Assembly: GCF_000219355.1 (NCBI RefSeq)
Contig: NC_015722.1
Location: 630,001 to 662,000 of the forward strand
From: Candidatus Midichloria mitochondrii IricVA
GTDB lineage: Bacteria > Pseudomonadota > Alphaproteobacteria > Rickettsiales > Midichloriaceae
Reading direction: 5' to 3'
Length of the DNA stretch: 32,000 nucleotides
The translations under genes were made by a program, and so were the position numbers. The notes under the pieces are model-generated. The model was not told where the DNA came from and did not search any database. It worked only from the letters and a program-made list of their open reading frames with translations. How positions within the stretch are numbered: the first letter of the stretch is position 1; each line of letters starts with the position of its first letter. Positions 19,723 through 31,252 of this stretch are shown in pieces.

Positions 19723-20096
19723 TCATAAGCTCGCAGAACTACTTTTATCTTCAATTAATTTAATCCATTGATTGTTAGTATATGCAATCAAACATCTCTC
19801 TTCTTGGGCCCAGAATATCATACCTTCAGTTGGCCTGATATATTGTAATTCGTCAGTGTACAATAACTTCACTCTTGTGACCAGCTAAGTCGCCTTCTAA
19901 ATCTGCTGGCACGATCACTGGATCCCCATTAAACTAATGAAGAAACTTCAAAATTTTTGGTGAAAGATTTTACTCCCCTATTGAGCAATAGATCTATTTT
20001 ATTTATATTTTCATTTACTGTTACTTCTTCTTGAGCCTGATAGGGGCTTAGAAATGAAAAGCCAAGTTTTTGAGTTTTTGTTTGAGTATAAAGCAT
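19723..20096 (-). pseudogene. DUF2793-like (alphaproteobacterial phage-tail/GTA-associated small protein) remnant
   Basis: The minus strand from ATG 20096 reads MLYTQTKTQKLGFSFLSPYQAQEEVTVNENINKIDLLLNRGVKSF..., then after two frame breaks GDPVIVPADLEGDLAGHKSEVIVH and ELQYIRPTEGMIFWAQEERCLIAYTNNQWIKL. This matches my recollection of the DUF2793 pattern (L.LP.L..GQAQKEVTHNEAL..LD...... P.EG...W). It is absent from the ORF track because of the breaks. Confidence 0.4.
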
Positions 20097-20245
20097 ATTA
20101 TTTTTTTAAATATTAGTTTGGTATGCTATCCTACAACTGAATCTTCGTGATCCGGAAGGGTTGGGCTTGAGTTTTGGTTATATAAATTTTATATATAGCT
20201 AGATTGTAATTAATTAGAATTTTGAAGAATTAAAGGTGTTTTAAG

Positions 20246-23056
20246 ATGAGTGATGCACTTCAGTCTAACTCTTATTTGTTTGGAAGTAACGCAACTTTTA
20301 TTGAATCTTTATATAAGCAATACTTAGAAAATCCAAACAGCATCGATCCATCTTGGCAAGATTACTTTAAGGCATTTCAAGATGAATCCAAGAGTTTACT
20401 CAACAATATTGCTGCAAAAACTCCCAGAGATTCATCTATATTTCATCCGGTAAAATCTTCTGCTCCCTCTCCTGCTGCTAAAGTTACAAATAACGAGCTC
20501 ACCTCAGCCGCTATATCTTTAATTAACGCTTATATAGATTATGGTCATACTGCAATCAACCTTGATCCTTTAAACTTGACCAGAGCCAACCCTCACCCTC
20601 TTTTGGCTTTGGAAAGTCATGGTCTTTCTCAAGCTGACCTTGTTAAACAGTTTGATTTCGGAAAGATTTTAAATTTAGGAACAGTATCTTTGGCAGAAGC
20701 TTTAGAAAAAGCTAAATCAATTTATGCTAACAAGATCGGTATCGAATTATCTCATATAGAGAATCATGAAGAAAAGTCGTGGATTTGCCAACAACTAGAA
20801 CAAACTTCACTCAACCAGCCAATTCAAAATGAGTTTAAAAAGCGGATCCTAAAACATCTATTAGAAGCCACTTATTTCGAAGACTTTCTACACACCAAAT
20901 TTCCAGGCACCAAGAGATTCTCGATAGAAGGCGGAGAGGCAGCAATCGTCGTGATGGAAATAGCGATTGAGCTTTTTGGTGCCGCAAATATTGAAGAAAT
21001 AGTGATTGGTATGGCACATAGAGGTAGATTAAATGTCTTAACTAAAATCCTTGGAAAGCCTTACCATGCTCTCCTTTCTGAATTTGCTGGGGTACTTGCA
21101 TTTCCAGAAGATTTAGATATGCCAGGCGATGTAAAATATCATCTCGGGGCTTCAATGGACAGAGAAATCGGAGGCAAGAAAATACATTTATCACTAACAC
21201 CGAACCCTTCTCATCTAGAAGCCGTAAATTCAGTAGTACTTGGACGCGTCAGAGCAAAACAAGATTACAAAGAAGACCAAGCTCGCCGAAAAGCACTAGC
21301 TTTTCTGATACATGGTGATGCCGCACTTGCTGGTCAAGGAAGCGTGGCTGAATCATTGATGTCCGGCCAGCTCGAGGCTTATAAAATAGGAGGCGTATTT
21401 CACTTGGTAATCAATAACCAAATTGGCTTTACTACTAATGTTTCCGCAGATAGATTTGGCAGATACTGCACCGATATAGCAAAAGCAATTAATGCCCCTA
21501 TTTTACATGTGAATGGCGATGATATTGAAGCAGTTATTAGAGCGGCACAGCTAGCTGTTGAATACCGTTTGAAATTTAATAAAGATGTATTTTTAGATAT
21601 AGTTTGCTATAGAAAATATGGTCATAACGAAGGTGATGAACCTATGTTCACTCAGCCCTTAATGTACCAGACTATAGATAAACACAAGAACCCTGCTGAC
21701 TTATATGCAGAAGCATTGATCACACAAAATATAATCACAGCTCCTGAATATCAAAAAATACTTGATGAATTCAAAGGATTTTTAAACTCGGAGTTGGAAA
21801 TCTCTAAATCATATAAGCCAACTGAAGCAGATTGGTTTAAAGGTATATGGAAAACCTTACAGCCTCTTGACGAAAAAACCACATCTCCAACCGGAGTAGA
21901 AAAGAACACTTTAATAGACCTAGGTAAAAAATTAGCAACAATTCCTACATCTTTTAACTTGAACTCTAAAATAGCTAGGCAATTTCAAGCAAAAATTCAG
22001 ATGATGGAAAAAGGAGCTGATCTTGATTGGGCTATGGGCGAATCTTTAGCTTATGCGACTCTATTAATGGAAGGCTTTAATATAAGAATTACAGGACAAG
22101 ATTGTGAAAGAGGTACATTTTCGCATAGGCATGCAGTGCTTACTGATCAAGTTAATGAAACCAGATACATACCTCTAAATAATTTGGATTCTAATCAAAA
22201 AGCTAGGTTGGAAATAAATAACAGCAACCTTTCCGAACTTGCAGCTTTGGCATTTGAATATGGTTATAGTTTCTCCTCTCCAAAGTCTCTAGTCATATGG
22301 GAAGCACAGTTTGGTGATTTTGCAAATGGAGCGCAAGTTGTTATCGATCAGTTCATTGCAGCAGGCGAAGCTAAGTGGTTAAGGGCTAACGGGTTGGTAC
22401 TATTATTACCCCATGGCTATGAAGGCCAAGGACCTGAGCATAGTTCAGCGCGCCTTGAAAGATTTTTACAGTTAGCTGCCGAAGATAACATTCAAGTGGT
22501 TAATTGCACTACTCCGGCTTCACTCTTCCATGCGCTACGAAGACAAATGCATCGTAATTACAGAAAGCCTCTAATTGTTATGGCCCCAAAATCTTTGTTA
22601 CGTCATAAATTAGCGGTTTCCAGCCTTGAAGAAATGGATCTTAATACAGAATTCCATCCTCTATTAGAAGATGGAGAAATAACTGCTGATGCTAAAAAAG
22701 TTATCATATGTAGCGGCAAGGTTTACTATGATTTATTTGAGAAAAGGAGGGCACTTGGCATAAAAGACACTGTTATTATAAGGTTAGAGCAACTTTACCC
22801 TTTCCCAGCAAAGGAATTAAAAGAATTATTATCTAAACATCCAAATGCAAAATTTATATGGTGCCAAGAAGAGCATGAAAACGGTGGAGCTTATTTATTT
22901 GTGAAGTATAGAATAGAGAAAATCTTAAAAGAAATTTATGTTAACATGAAAGAGTTGTTATATGCTGGAAGGGCTGAATCAGCCTCAACAGCTGCTGGTT
23001 ATATGAAATTGCATATCAAAGAATTAGATAATTTTATTACAAAAGCTTTAAGTTAA
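20246..23056 (+). CDS. sucA: 2-oxoglutarate dehydrogenase E1 component
   Basis: Intact 936-aa ORF with YRKYGHNEGDEPMFTQP, ITGQDCERGTFSHRHAVL and PHGYEGQGPEHSSARLERFLQL. Confidence 0.93.
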   Translation: MSDALQSNSYLFGSNATFIESLYKQYLENPNSIDPSWQDYFKAFQDESKSLLNNIAAKTPRDSSIFHPVKSSAPSPAAKVTNNELTSAAISLINAYIDYGHTAINLDPLNLTRANPHPLLALESHGLSQADLVKQFDFGKILNLGTVSLAEALEKAKSIYANKIGIELSHIENHEEKSWICQQLEQTSLNQPIQNEFKKRILKHLLEATYFEDFLHTKFPGTKRFSIEGGEAAIVVMEIAIELFGAANIEEIVIGMAHRGRLNVLTKILGKPYHALLSEFAGVLAFPEDLDMPGDVKYHLGASMDREIGGKKIHLSLTPNPSHLEAVNSVVLGRVRAKQDYKEDQARRKALAFLIHGDAALAGQGSVAESLMSGQLEAYKIGGVFHLVINNQIGFTTNVSADRFGRYCTDIAKAINAPILHVNGDDIEAVIRAAQLAVEYRLKFNKDVFLDIVCYRKYGHNEGDEPMFTQPLMYQTIDKHKNPADLYAEALITQNIITAPEYQKILDEFKGFLNSELEISKSYKPTEADWFKGIWKTLQPLDEKTTSPTGVEKNTLIDLGKKLATIPTSFNLNSKIARQFQAKIQMMEKGADLDWAMGESLAYATLLMEGFNIRITGQDCERGTFSHRHAVLTDQVNETRYIPLNNLDSNQKARLEINNSNLSELAALAFEYGYSFSSPKSLVIWEAQFGDFANGAQVVIDQFIAAGEAKWLRANGLVLLLPHGYEGQGPEHSSARLERFLQLAAEDNIQVVNCTTPASLFHALRRQMHRNYRKPLIVMAPKSLLRHKLAVSSLEEMDLNTEFHPLLEDGEITADAKKVIICSGKVYYDLFEKRRALGIKDTVIIRLEQLYPFPAKELKELLSKHPNAKFIWCQEEHENGGAYLFVKYRIEKILKEIYVNMKELLYAGRAESASTAAGYMKLHIKELDNFITKALS

Positions 23057-23069
23057 AAAGGAGAAAAAA

Positions 23070-24249
23070 ATGAGTGTGAATATAGTAGTACCACCACTTG
23101 GAGAATCGGTTACAGAAGCAACTGTACTCGAGTGGCGTAAAAAAAAATGGTGAAGCGGTTAAAGTTGACGAGATATTACTGGAACTCGAGACCGACAAGA
23201 TAACATTAGAAGTTACAGCTCCCTCAGCGGGCGTCATATCAGAAATTTTAGCCGCAGACGGTGCGACAGTCAAAGTTAACCAAGTATTGGGTGTGATTGA
23301 TGAAAAAGCAGTTGCAAGTACTCCTTCTGTACCAAAATCTTCTCCTACGGCCGCCTCTGGAGTTCCTGTTAAAACAGAAAAATTTCCTACCGCTTCCCCT
23401 GCAGCAACAAAACTTGCAGCAGATAATAGGGTTGACCTCTCTACAATATCTGGGACCGGTAGAGATGGAAGGATTACCAAAGGGGACGTGATGATGCAGC
23501 ATCCTTCTTCCTCACCTACTCTTACAGCCTCTTCTGCTATTGATAGTAGCGCTCGCGAAACTCGAGTTAAGATGAGTAGACTAAGAAAAACTATTGCTGC
23601 AAGATTAAAAGATTCTCAAAATACCGCTGCTATTTTAACTACTTTTAACGAAGTTAATATGTCAGCGATTATACAAGCGCGTCAAACTTATCAGGAAAAA
23701 TTCCAAAAAAAGCATGGCATAAAATTGGGGTTTATGTCCTTTTTTGTAAAAGCTGTAATCCAGGCATTGAAAGAAATCCCTGCGGTTAATGCAGAAATTA
23801 ACGGCGATGATATTATATATAAAAATTACTATGATATTGGAGTGGCCGTTGGCACCGAAAATGGTCTAGTGGTACCCGTTGTGAGAGATGCGGATTCCTT
23901 ATCCTTTGCCGAGATAGAAAAAACTATCGCTAATTTGGGGCAAAAAGCTAAAGAAAGTAAATTGAGTATAGCCGATATGAGCGGCGGTACATTTAGTATT
24001 ACTAATGGTGGTATCTATGGCTCCATGCTTTCAACACCAATAATTAATCCACCTCAGTCAGCAATTCTTGGTATGCACAATATCGTTGAACGTCCTTATG
24101 TTGTTAAAGGTCAAATAGTTGTTCGCCCTATAATGTATATTGCTCTTTCATATGATCACCGAATCATTGATGGCAAAGAAGCAGTAACATTCTTATTCCG
24201 AATCAAAGAGATGATAGAAACTCCTGAGAGGTTATTATTTGATATTTAG
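23070..24249 (+). pseudogene. sucB: dihydrolipoyllysine-residue succinyltransferase (E2o), single +1 frameshift in an A9 tract (23139-23147)
   Basis: RBS AAAGGAG (23057-23063) precedes ATG 23070. That frame reads [27 protein letters not shown], with a stop at 23151-23153. ORF 23098..24249 continues [25 protein letters not shown] (lipoyl-Lys), a Pro/Ala linker, the E3-binding segment [13 protein letters not shown] and the catalytic motif SYDHRIIDG. Confidence 0.9.
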
Positions 24250-24262
24250 CCTTTAAAACGTC

Positions 24263-26070
<1,808 letters not shown>

Positions 26071-26539
26071 TTAAAGCTAAGCAAAAGGCTGCAATTGTAC
26101 CTGGAAGAGGCGAACTAAGTTTCTCTGAAGTTTGATCACCTTTGGCCTTATAAATAAGAAATTCTCCGCAGTGTGTAACCTCTACCACCTCTACTCGAAG
26201 AATTGGCTGAGGCTATTCTAAAGCCTATAGTTGCGAAAGAGACACGCCCATGAGAAGTTTGGACGCTGCCCTTGGCCAAAAGGCCTATCCTTGAGTAGCG
26301 AAAAGCTTCAAAAATTGGTGCTTTAACAGTTTTCAAGAGCTCCCAACAGAAATGCTTTTAACTCACCACCTATTATACTCATTTTACTCACAGAATTGCA
26401 CTAAAGCAAGTTTGCAACAGAAAAGTATGGCACACTTTTCGCCACTTTTAAGCTAAGCTTGCACGGCGACCCATAAAGTAAACGTGCCGTTCTTGAGCTG
26501 TCCAGCAAGCTGGGCGTTTAAATTTACTTTGTATTAATA

Positions 26540-27440
26540 TAAACCTCAGTTTGACGTTAGGGAGTATGCCCGTGAGCCTATTTTTCCATGAGATAATATT
26601 GGGTTGAAGACATAAGCCAAGAGCCCTGAGAAAGAGGTCTGTCAAGAAATTGTTTGGCGAGCGATGCCGTGGCGCTGGATTTGGCAAATCTCTTTCAATT
26701 CTCCGATGGCTGTTTCAATCAATCCACGCCCTGCAAGAAGCAGTTGTTTAAAAGCCGCAAGCCGGGTTTTGTTTTTCATGTTTTTCTTAAGCCGTGGGTG
26801 ACGAGCTCAATACCTTGATTGCTCAGTGTTTTTGCTTATATACCACCGATCTCCGAATAGAAGGCCTGTCAAATATTGAGTCAGTTTCTCGACAACGGCT
26901 CGATCATCTGTATTACTGATGTCAGTGTGAATGACATAATCTCTCCTTGATCATTGAGGCCAAAGAACCATCCGGGTCGACGTTTTCCCACGCTGAGCGA
27001 CGCCTTTAAAGGCCTTATTACTGCTAGTACGTGAGTTATGACAAACCTTCCAGCTTTTTGTTGAGTCAACGTACCTGTTTGTTTCCCTTTGCAGCAATTC
27101 AGCAGAATGACCAACGGAATGACCGCGTCTCGCATCCAGCTCAACAAGGCGATTTGTAGCTGATAAGCTTCGGCAATTCCTCTCTGAGAGAGATTTGAAA
27201 ACAGTTTAGGTAAAAATCTTTGAATCCGGTAATGCCCTCAAATGAAACAAAACGAGGATCGTTATAACTTCGGAAAGCATCATCCCAGACTCTCGTTCCC
27301 TTTGTCTCTGCGAGTTTCTTAAGGATCTTTGGTACGTGAGTTGTCGCTTGCAAAACTCACCGATCGAACAGAATATTTCGATTAAGAGAACCATTTTCCT
27401 TATTTATCGTGAAATTGAGAGAAACTTAATGGTTACACAG
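26540..27440 (-). mobile_element. IS982-family insertion sequence remnant (transposase with multiple frameshifts and an internal deletion); element ends not defined
   Basis: Minus-strand fragments follow the IS982 transposase pattern. These include MVLLIEIFCSIGEFCK...LSEVITILVLFH, then ITGFKDFYLNCFQISLREELPKLISY, KGKQTG...GKRRPGWFFGLNDQGEIMSFTLT, LSNQGIELVTHGLRKNMKNK..GLIETAIGELKEICQIQ and PRHRSPNNFLTDLFLRALGLCLQP. The region is visibly more GC-rich than its flanks. Confidence 0.75.
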
Positions 27441-27592
27441 CTTCTTTGAAGCCATATCAGATAATTTCTTTAAAAACTTACCTAAAACTGGGGTTAAATA
27501 ATATTTATTTTTGCCAAAAAGAATTTAGTTGAATATAAGAAGAGGCATTGCTACCATACTCCATACCTTAAAAAAATAAAGTAGAAGAGCAA

Positions 27593-30468
27593 ATGCACGG
27601 TTTTATATCTATAAAGGGCGCCAAAGAACATAACCTTAAGAATATTAATATTGATGTCCCAAAAGAAAAGCTCGTAGTAATAACTGGGGTAAGCGGGTCA
27701 GGTAAGTCTTCTTTGGCCTTCGATACTATTTATGCTGAAGGGAAGCGTAGGTATGTTGAGAGCCTTTCTACATATGCAAGGCAATTCCTCGAAGCGCAAG
27801 CTAAGCCTAATGTAGAATCGATAGAAGGTCTCTCACCTGCTATTGCGATTGATCAAAAAACCACTTCGAGGAACCCCCGCTCAACAGTTGCCACTGCAAC
27901 TGAAATTTATGATTATTTAAGAGTTTTATATGCCCGTATAGGCATACCCTATTCACCTGCTACTGGCCTTCCTATTGAGAAACAGACTGCAAGTCAAATG
28001 ACTGAGGAAGTATTAAAGCTTCCAGAGAATACAAGGCTTTATATCTTAGCTCCAATTGCTAGAGGGCAAAAAGGCGAGTATCGTAAAGAACTTTTAATGA
28101 TGCGTAAGCATGGGTATGAGCGAGTAAAAATAGATGATTCGTTCTATGAATTTGATGATCTACCGATGCTAGATAAAAATAAAAAACACGAGATCTCTGT
28201 AGTGGTTGATCGTATTTCTTTAGATCATGAACTCGGAAATAGACTTGCTGATAGTGTTGAGACAGCATTAAAGCTTTCAGATGGTATTTTGTATGTTGAA
28301 ATAGTTTCAATTCCAGAAGGGGCAGAATCTAAAAATAAAGCTGGTGATGTTTTGGTGTTTTCTGAGAAGTTTGCATGTCATGTTTCTGGCTTTTCATTAA
28401 CTGAGATCGAACCGAGAATCTTTTCTTTTAATAGCCCGTACGGTGCTTGCCCTTATTGTAATGGTCTTGGAACCGAAATTTACTTTGACCAAGGTTTAAT
28501 CGTACCAAATTTACAGTTAAGTATTGCAGAAGGGGCTGTATTACCATTTAGCAAATCGGTGATATCTATAGTTTCTCAATTAAAGTTTCATGAGCAAACT
28601 TTTGAGTCTTTAGCGAGACACTACAAATTCAGTACTACTCAGCCGTTTAGTTCGTTATCTGAAGAAATACAAAATGTAATATTCTATGGCTCGGGCAATG
28701 AATCGATTAGTTTTACGTACGACGATGGATTCCGCAAATCTACTGTTAAAAAAACATTTGAAGGTGTTATTCCATTATTAGAAAAGAGAATGCAAAAAAC
28801 TGAGAGCAGTCAAGTGGCCGAAGAAATGGCGAATTATCAAACTGCAAAAGATTGTAGCGCTTGTAACGGCTACAGATTGAAAATGGAATCTCTTTGCGTT
28901 AAGATAGCCGGTAAGCACATAGGAGAAATGTGTAATATGACCATCAGTCAATCATTAGAATGGTTTGCTCATCTTGAAGAAGCATTAAATAATACTCACA
29001 AACAAATTGCTGAAAGGCTTGTTAAAGAGATCACAAAAAGATTAAAGTTTTTAAACGATGTAGGGCTTGATTATCTGATTTTGAGTAGGAAGGCAACTAC
29101 GCTGTCTGGGGGGAGAGGGCCAAAGGATCAGATTAGCTTCTCAAATTGGTTCAGGTCTTAGCGGTGTTTTATATGTACTGGACGAACCGTCAATAGGTTT
29201 ACATCAACGCGATAATGATAGACTTTTAAACACTCTTTGGCATCTACGAGATTTAGGTAATACAGTTATAGTAGTTGAACATGATATGGATACGATGAAG
29301 GCAGCAGATCATCTTATCGATGTTGGACCTGGCGCGGGAGTTCATGGTGGACAAATAATTGCTCAGGGGCGGCCAGAGGAGGTAGCTCAAGTCAAAGAGA
29401 GCATAACGGGGAAATATTTATCTAAAGAGCTAGTCATTGAAGTCCCAAAAAGCAGGAGGCCTGGTTTAAAGAATAAATTTATAGAAATTACAGGAGCCAG
29501 ATCTAATAATTTAAAGAACATATCTGTTTCTATTCCAATAGGAAGCTTTGTTGCCTTTACTGGGGTTTCTGGTAGTGGCAAGTCGAGTTTTGTAATTAAT
29601 ACTCTTTATAAGGCTGCACTCAAAAAGCTACATCATAGCAAAATTACTCCTGGTGCTTATGATAAAATAACTGGCTTGGAGTACACAGATAAGATTATTC
29701 AAATAGATCAATCTCCAATAGGTAGAACGCCAAGGTCCAATCCGGCTACATATACCGGAGCATTTACTCATATTAGAGACTGGTTTGCAACCCTTCAAGA
29801 GTCAAAAGCCCGAGGTTATAACTCCGGTAGGTTTTCGTTCAATGTAAAGGGCGGTAGATGCGAAACATGTGAGGGAGATGGCGTAATAAAAATAGAAATG
29901 CATTTCCTTCCAGATGTATATGTGCAGTGTGACGAATGTAAAGGCAGCCGGTACAATAAAGAAACTCTGGAAATAAAATACAAGGATAAGTCGATTGCAG
30001 ATGTTTTGAATATGACTGTTGATGAGACAGCAGGATTTTTTTCAAATGTTCCATTAATTTTAGAAAAGGTAATGGCTTTAAAAGAAGTTGGTCTGGGATA
30101 CATGAAAATTGGGCAATCCGCAACTACTCTCTCGGGCGGGGAAGCGCAGAGAATTAAGTTAGCGAAAGAACTTTCTAAAAAAATCAACCGGCCGTACTCT
30201 TTATATACTTGATGAACCAACAACTGGGTTGCATATGCATGATATCCAAAAATTATTAGTTGTGCTACACAAATTAGTAGACGCAGAGAATACTGTAGTG
30301 GTAATTGAACACAATTTAGATGTTGTTAAAACTGCTGATTATGTTGTAGATATAGGGCCAGAAGGAGGCAGTAAAGGTGGTGCTGTGGTTGTAACCGGAA
30401 CTCCTGAGGAAATAATTTCAAGTAAAGAAAGTATAACTGGTAAGTATTTGAAGCCGCTCCTAATATAA
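27593..30468 (+). pseudogene. uvrA: excinuclease ABC subunit A, two +1 frameshifts (G6 at 29108-29113; A7 at 30177-30183)
   Basis: Three collinear pieces: 27593..29161, about 29115..30212 and about 30184..30468. Motifs include [19 protein letters not shown], zinc fingers CPYCNGLG and CSACNGYRL, a second P-loop [11 protein letters not shown] and [18 protein letters not shown]. Removing one G restores [34 protein letters not shown]. Removing one A restores [25 protein letters not shown]. The repaired length is about 957 aa. Confidence 0.9.
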
Positions 30469-30564
30469 ATATATTTTTATATTTGCAAAGAAATACTTAA
30501 AATGTAAAAATTTGTTATGGACTTTTTATAGCCCTATTGCTATAAGGTTCGTGACAATTTAAGT

Positions 30565-30639
30565 TCCCCGGTAGCTCAGCGGTAGAGCAAGCGGCTGTTA
30601 ACCGCTTGGTCGCTGGTTCGAGTCCAGCCCGGGGAGCCA
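30565..30639 (+). tRNA. tRNA-Asn (anticodon GUU), 3' CCA encoded
   Basis: Cloverleaf read by hand: acceptor TCCCCGG/CCGGGGA, D arm GCTC-AGCGGTA-GAGC, anticodon arm AGCGG-CTGTTAA-CCGCT, variable loop TGGTC, T arm GCTGG-TTCGAGT-CCAGC, discriminator G, then CCA. Confidence 0.93.
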
Positions 30640-30659
30640 CCTTTTTTTATCTGTGCCGT

Positions 30660-31250
30660 ATGCTTTTTATAGTAAAAGATGTGGTGAGCGCCTTGTCTAG
30701 GGCTGAGCCGGTTGTTTTACCTACAGATACGCTTTTTGCTTTATCGGTCGATGCAACTTCAGAGAAAGCTGTGTCAAATTTATTTGAGATTAAGAGCCGA
30801 AAGTTAGAAAAAGCTCTCCCTGTCTTTGTTAGCTCATTCGAACAAGCTGAAAGGTTTTTTGAGTTTAATGATTTAGCAATGAAATTAGCAAAGAAATTCT
30901 GGTCTGGACCTTTAACCTTGATTTTGAAGTTAAAAGGCAAACTAGCAAAAAATTTGTCCATATCCGAAAAAATTGCAGTGAGGATGCCTAGCAGTTCTTT
31001 GATTATGGAAATAATTAATAACTTTGGAAAACCAATTACGGGAACGAGTGCTAATCCATCGGGTAATAATGATATTTTCGATTATCAGGAGTTATTACTA
31101 ACTTTTAAAGATAAAGTGCCAATTATTGTGAATGGAGAGATACAGAAAAATGCCAAGCCTTCAACGGTTATAGATTGCTCAAATAATACTGTACAATTTT
31201 TAAGAGTTGGTGGTATAAGTGAGGATAGCATATTACGCCTAATCTCATGA
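30660..31250 (+). CDS. tsaC: L-threonylcarbamoyladenylate synthase (YrdC/TsaC type, single domain)
   Basis: Motifs VVLPTDTLFAL, KSRKLEKALPVFV, FWSGPLTLIL and ITGTSANPSG. I place the start at ATG 30660, because the listed TTG 30606 start would overlap the tRNA-Asn 3' half. Confidence 0.8.
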   Translation: MLFIVKDVVSALSRAEPVVLPTDTLFALSVDATSEKAVSNLFEIKSRKLEKALPVFVSSFEQAERFFEFNDLAMKLAKKFWSGPLTLILKLKGKLAKNLSISEKIAVRMPSSSLIMEIINNFGKPITGTSANPSGNNDIFDYQELLLTFKDKVPIIVNGEIQKNAKPSTVIDCSNNTVQFLRVGGISEDSILRLIS

Positions 31251-31252
31251 TT

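Noticed and set aside
23037-23502. ORFs 23037..23480 (-), 23248..23502 (-) and 23297..23491 (+) across the start of sucB
   Set aside because: They overlap the Pro/Ala/Ser-rich interdomain linker of E2o, whose GC-rich, stop-poor composition opens all frames. The sucB frame is the one with homology.
30606-30659. Extended TTG start for tsaC (MVAGSSPARGATFFYLCR...)
   Set aside because: These codons are the 3' half of tRNA-Asn plus its T-rich trailer. The conserved TsaC N-terminus begins at ATG 30660.
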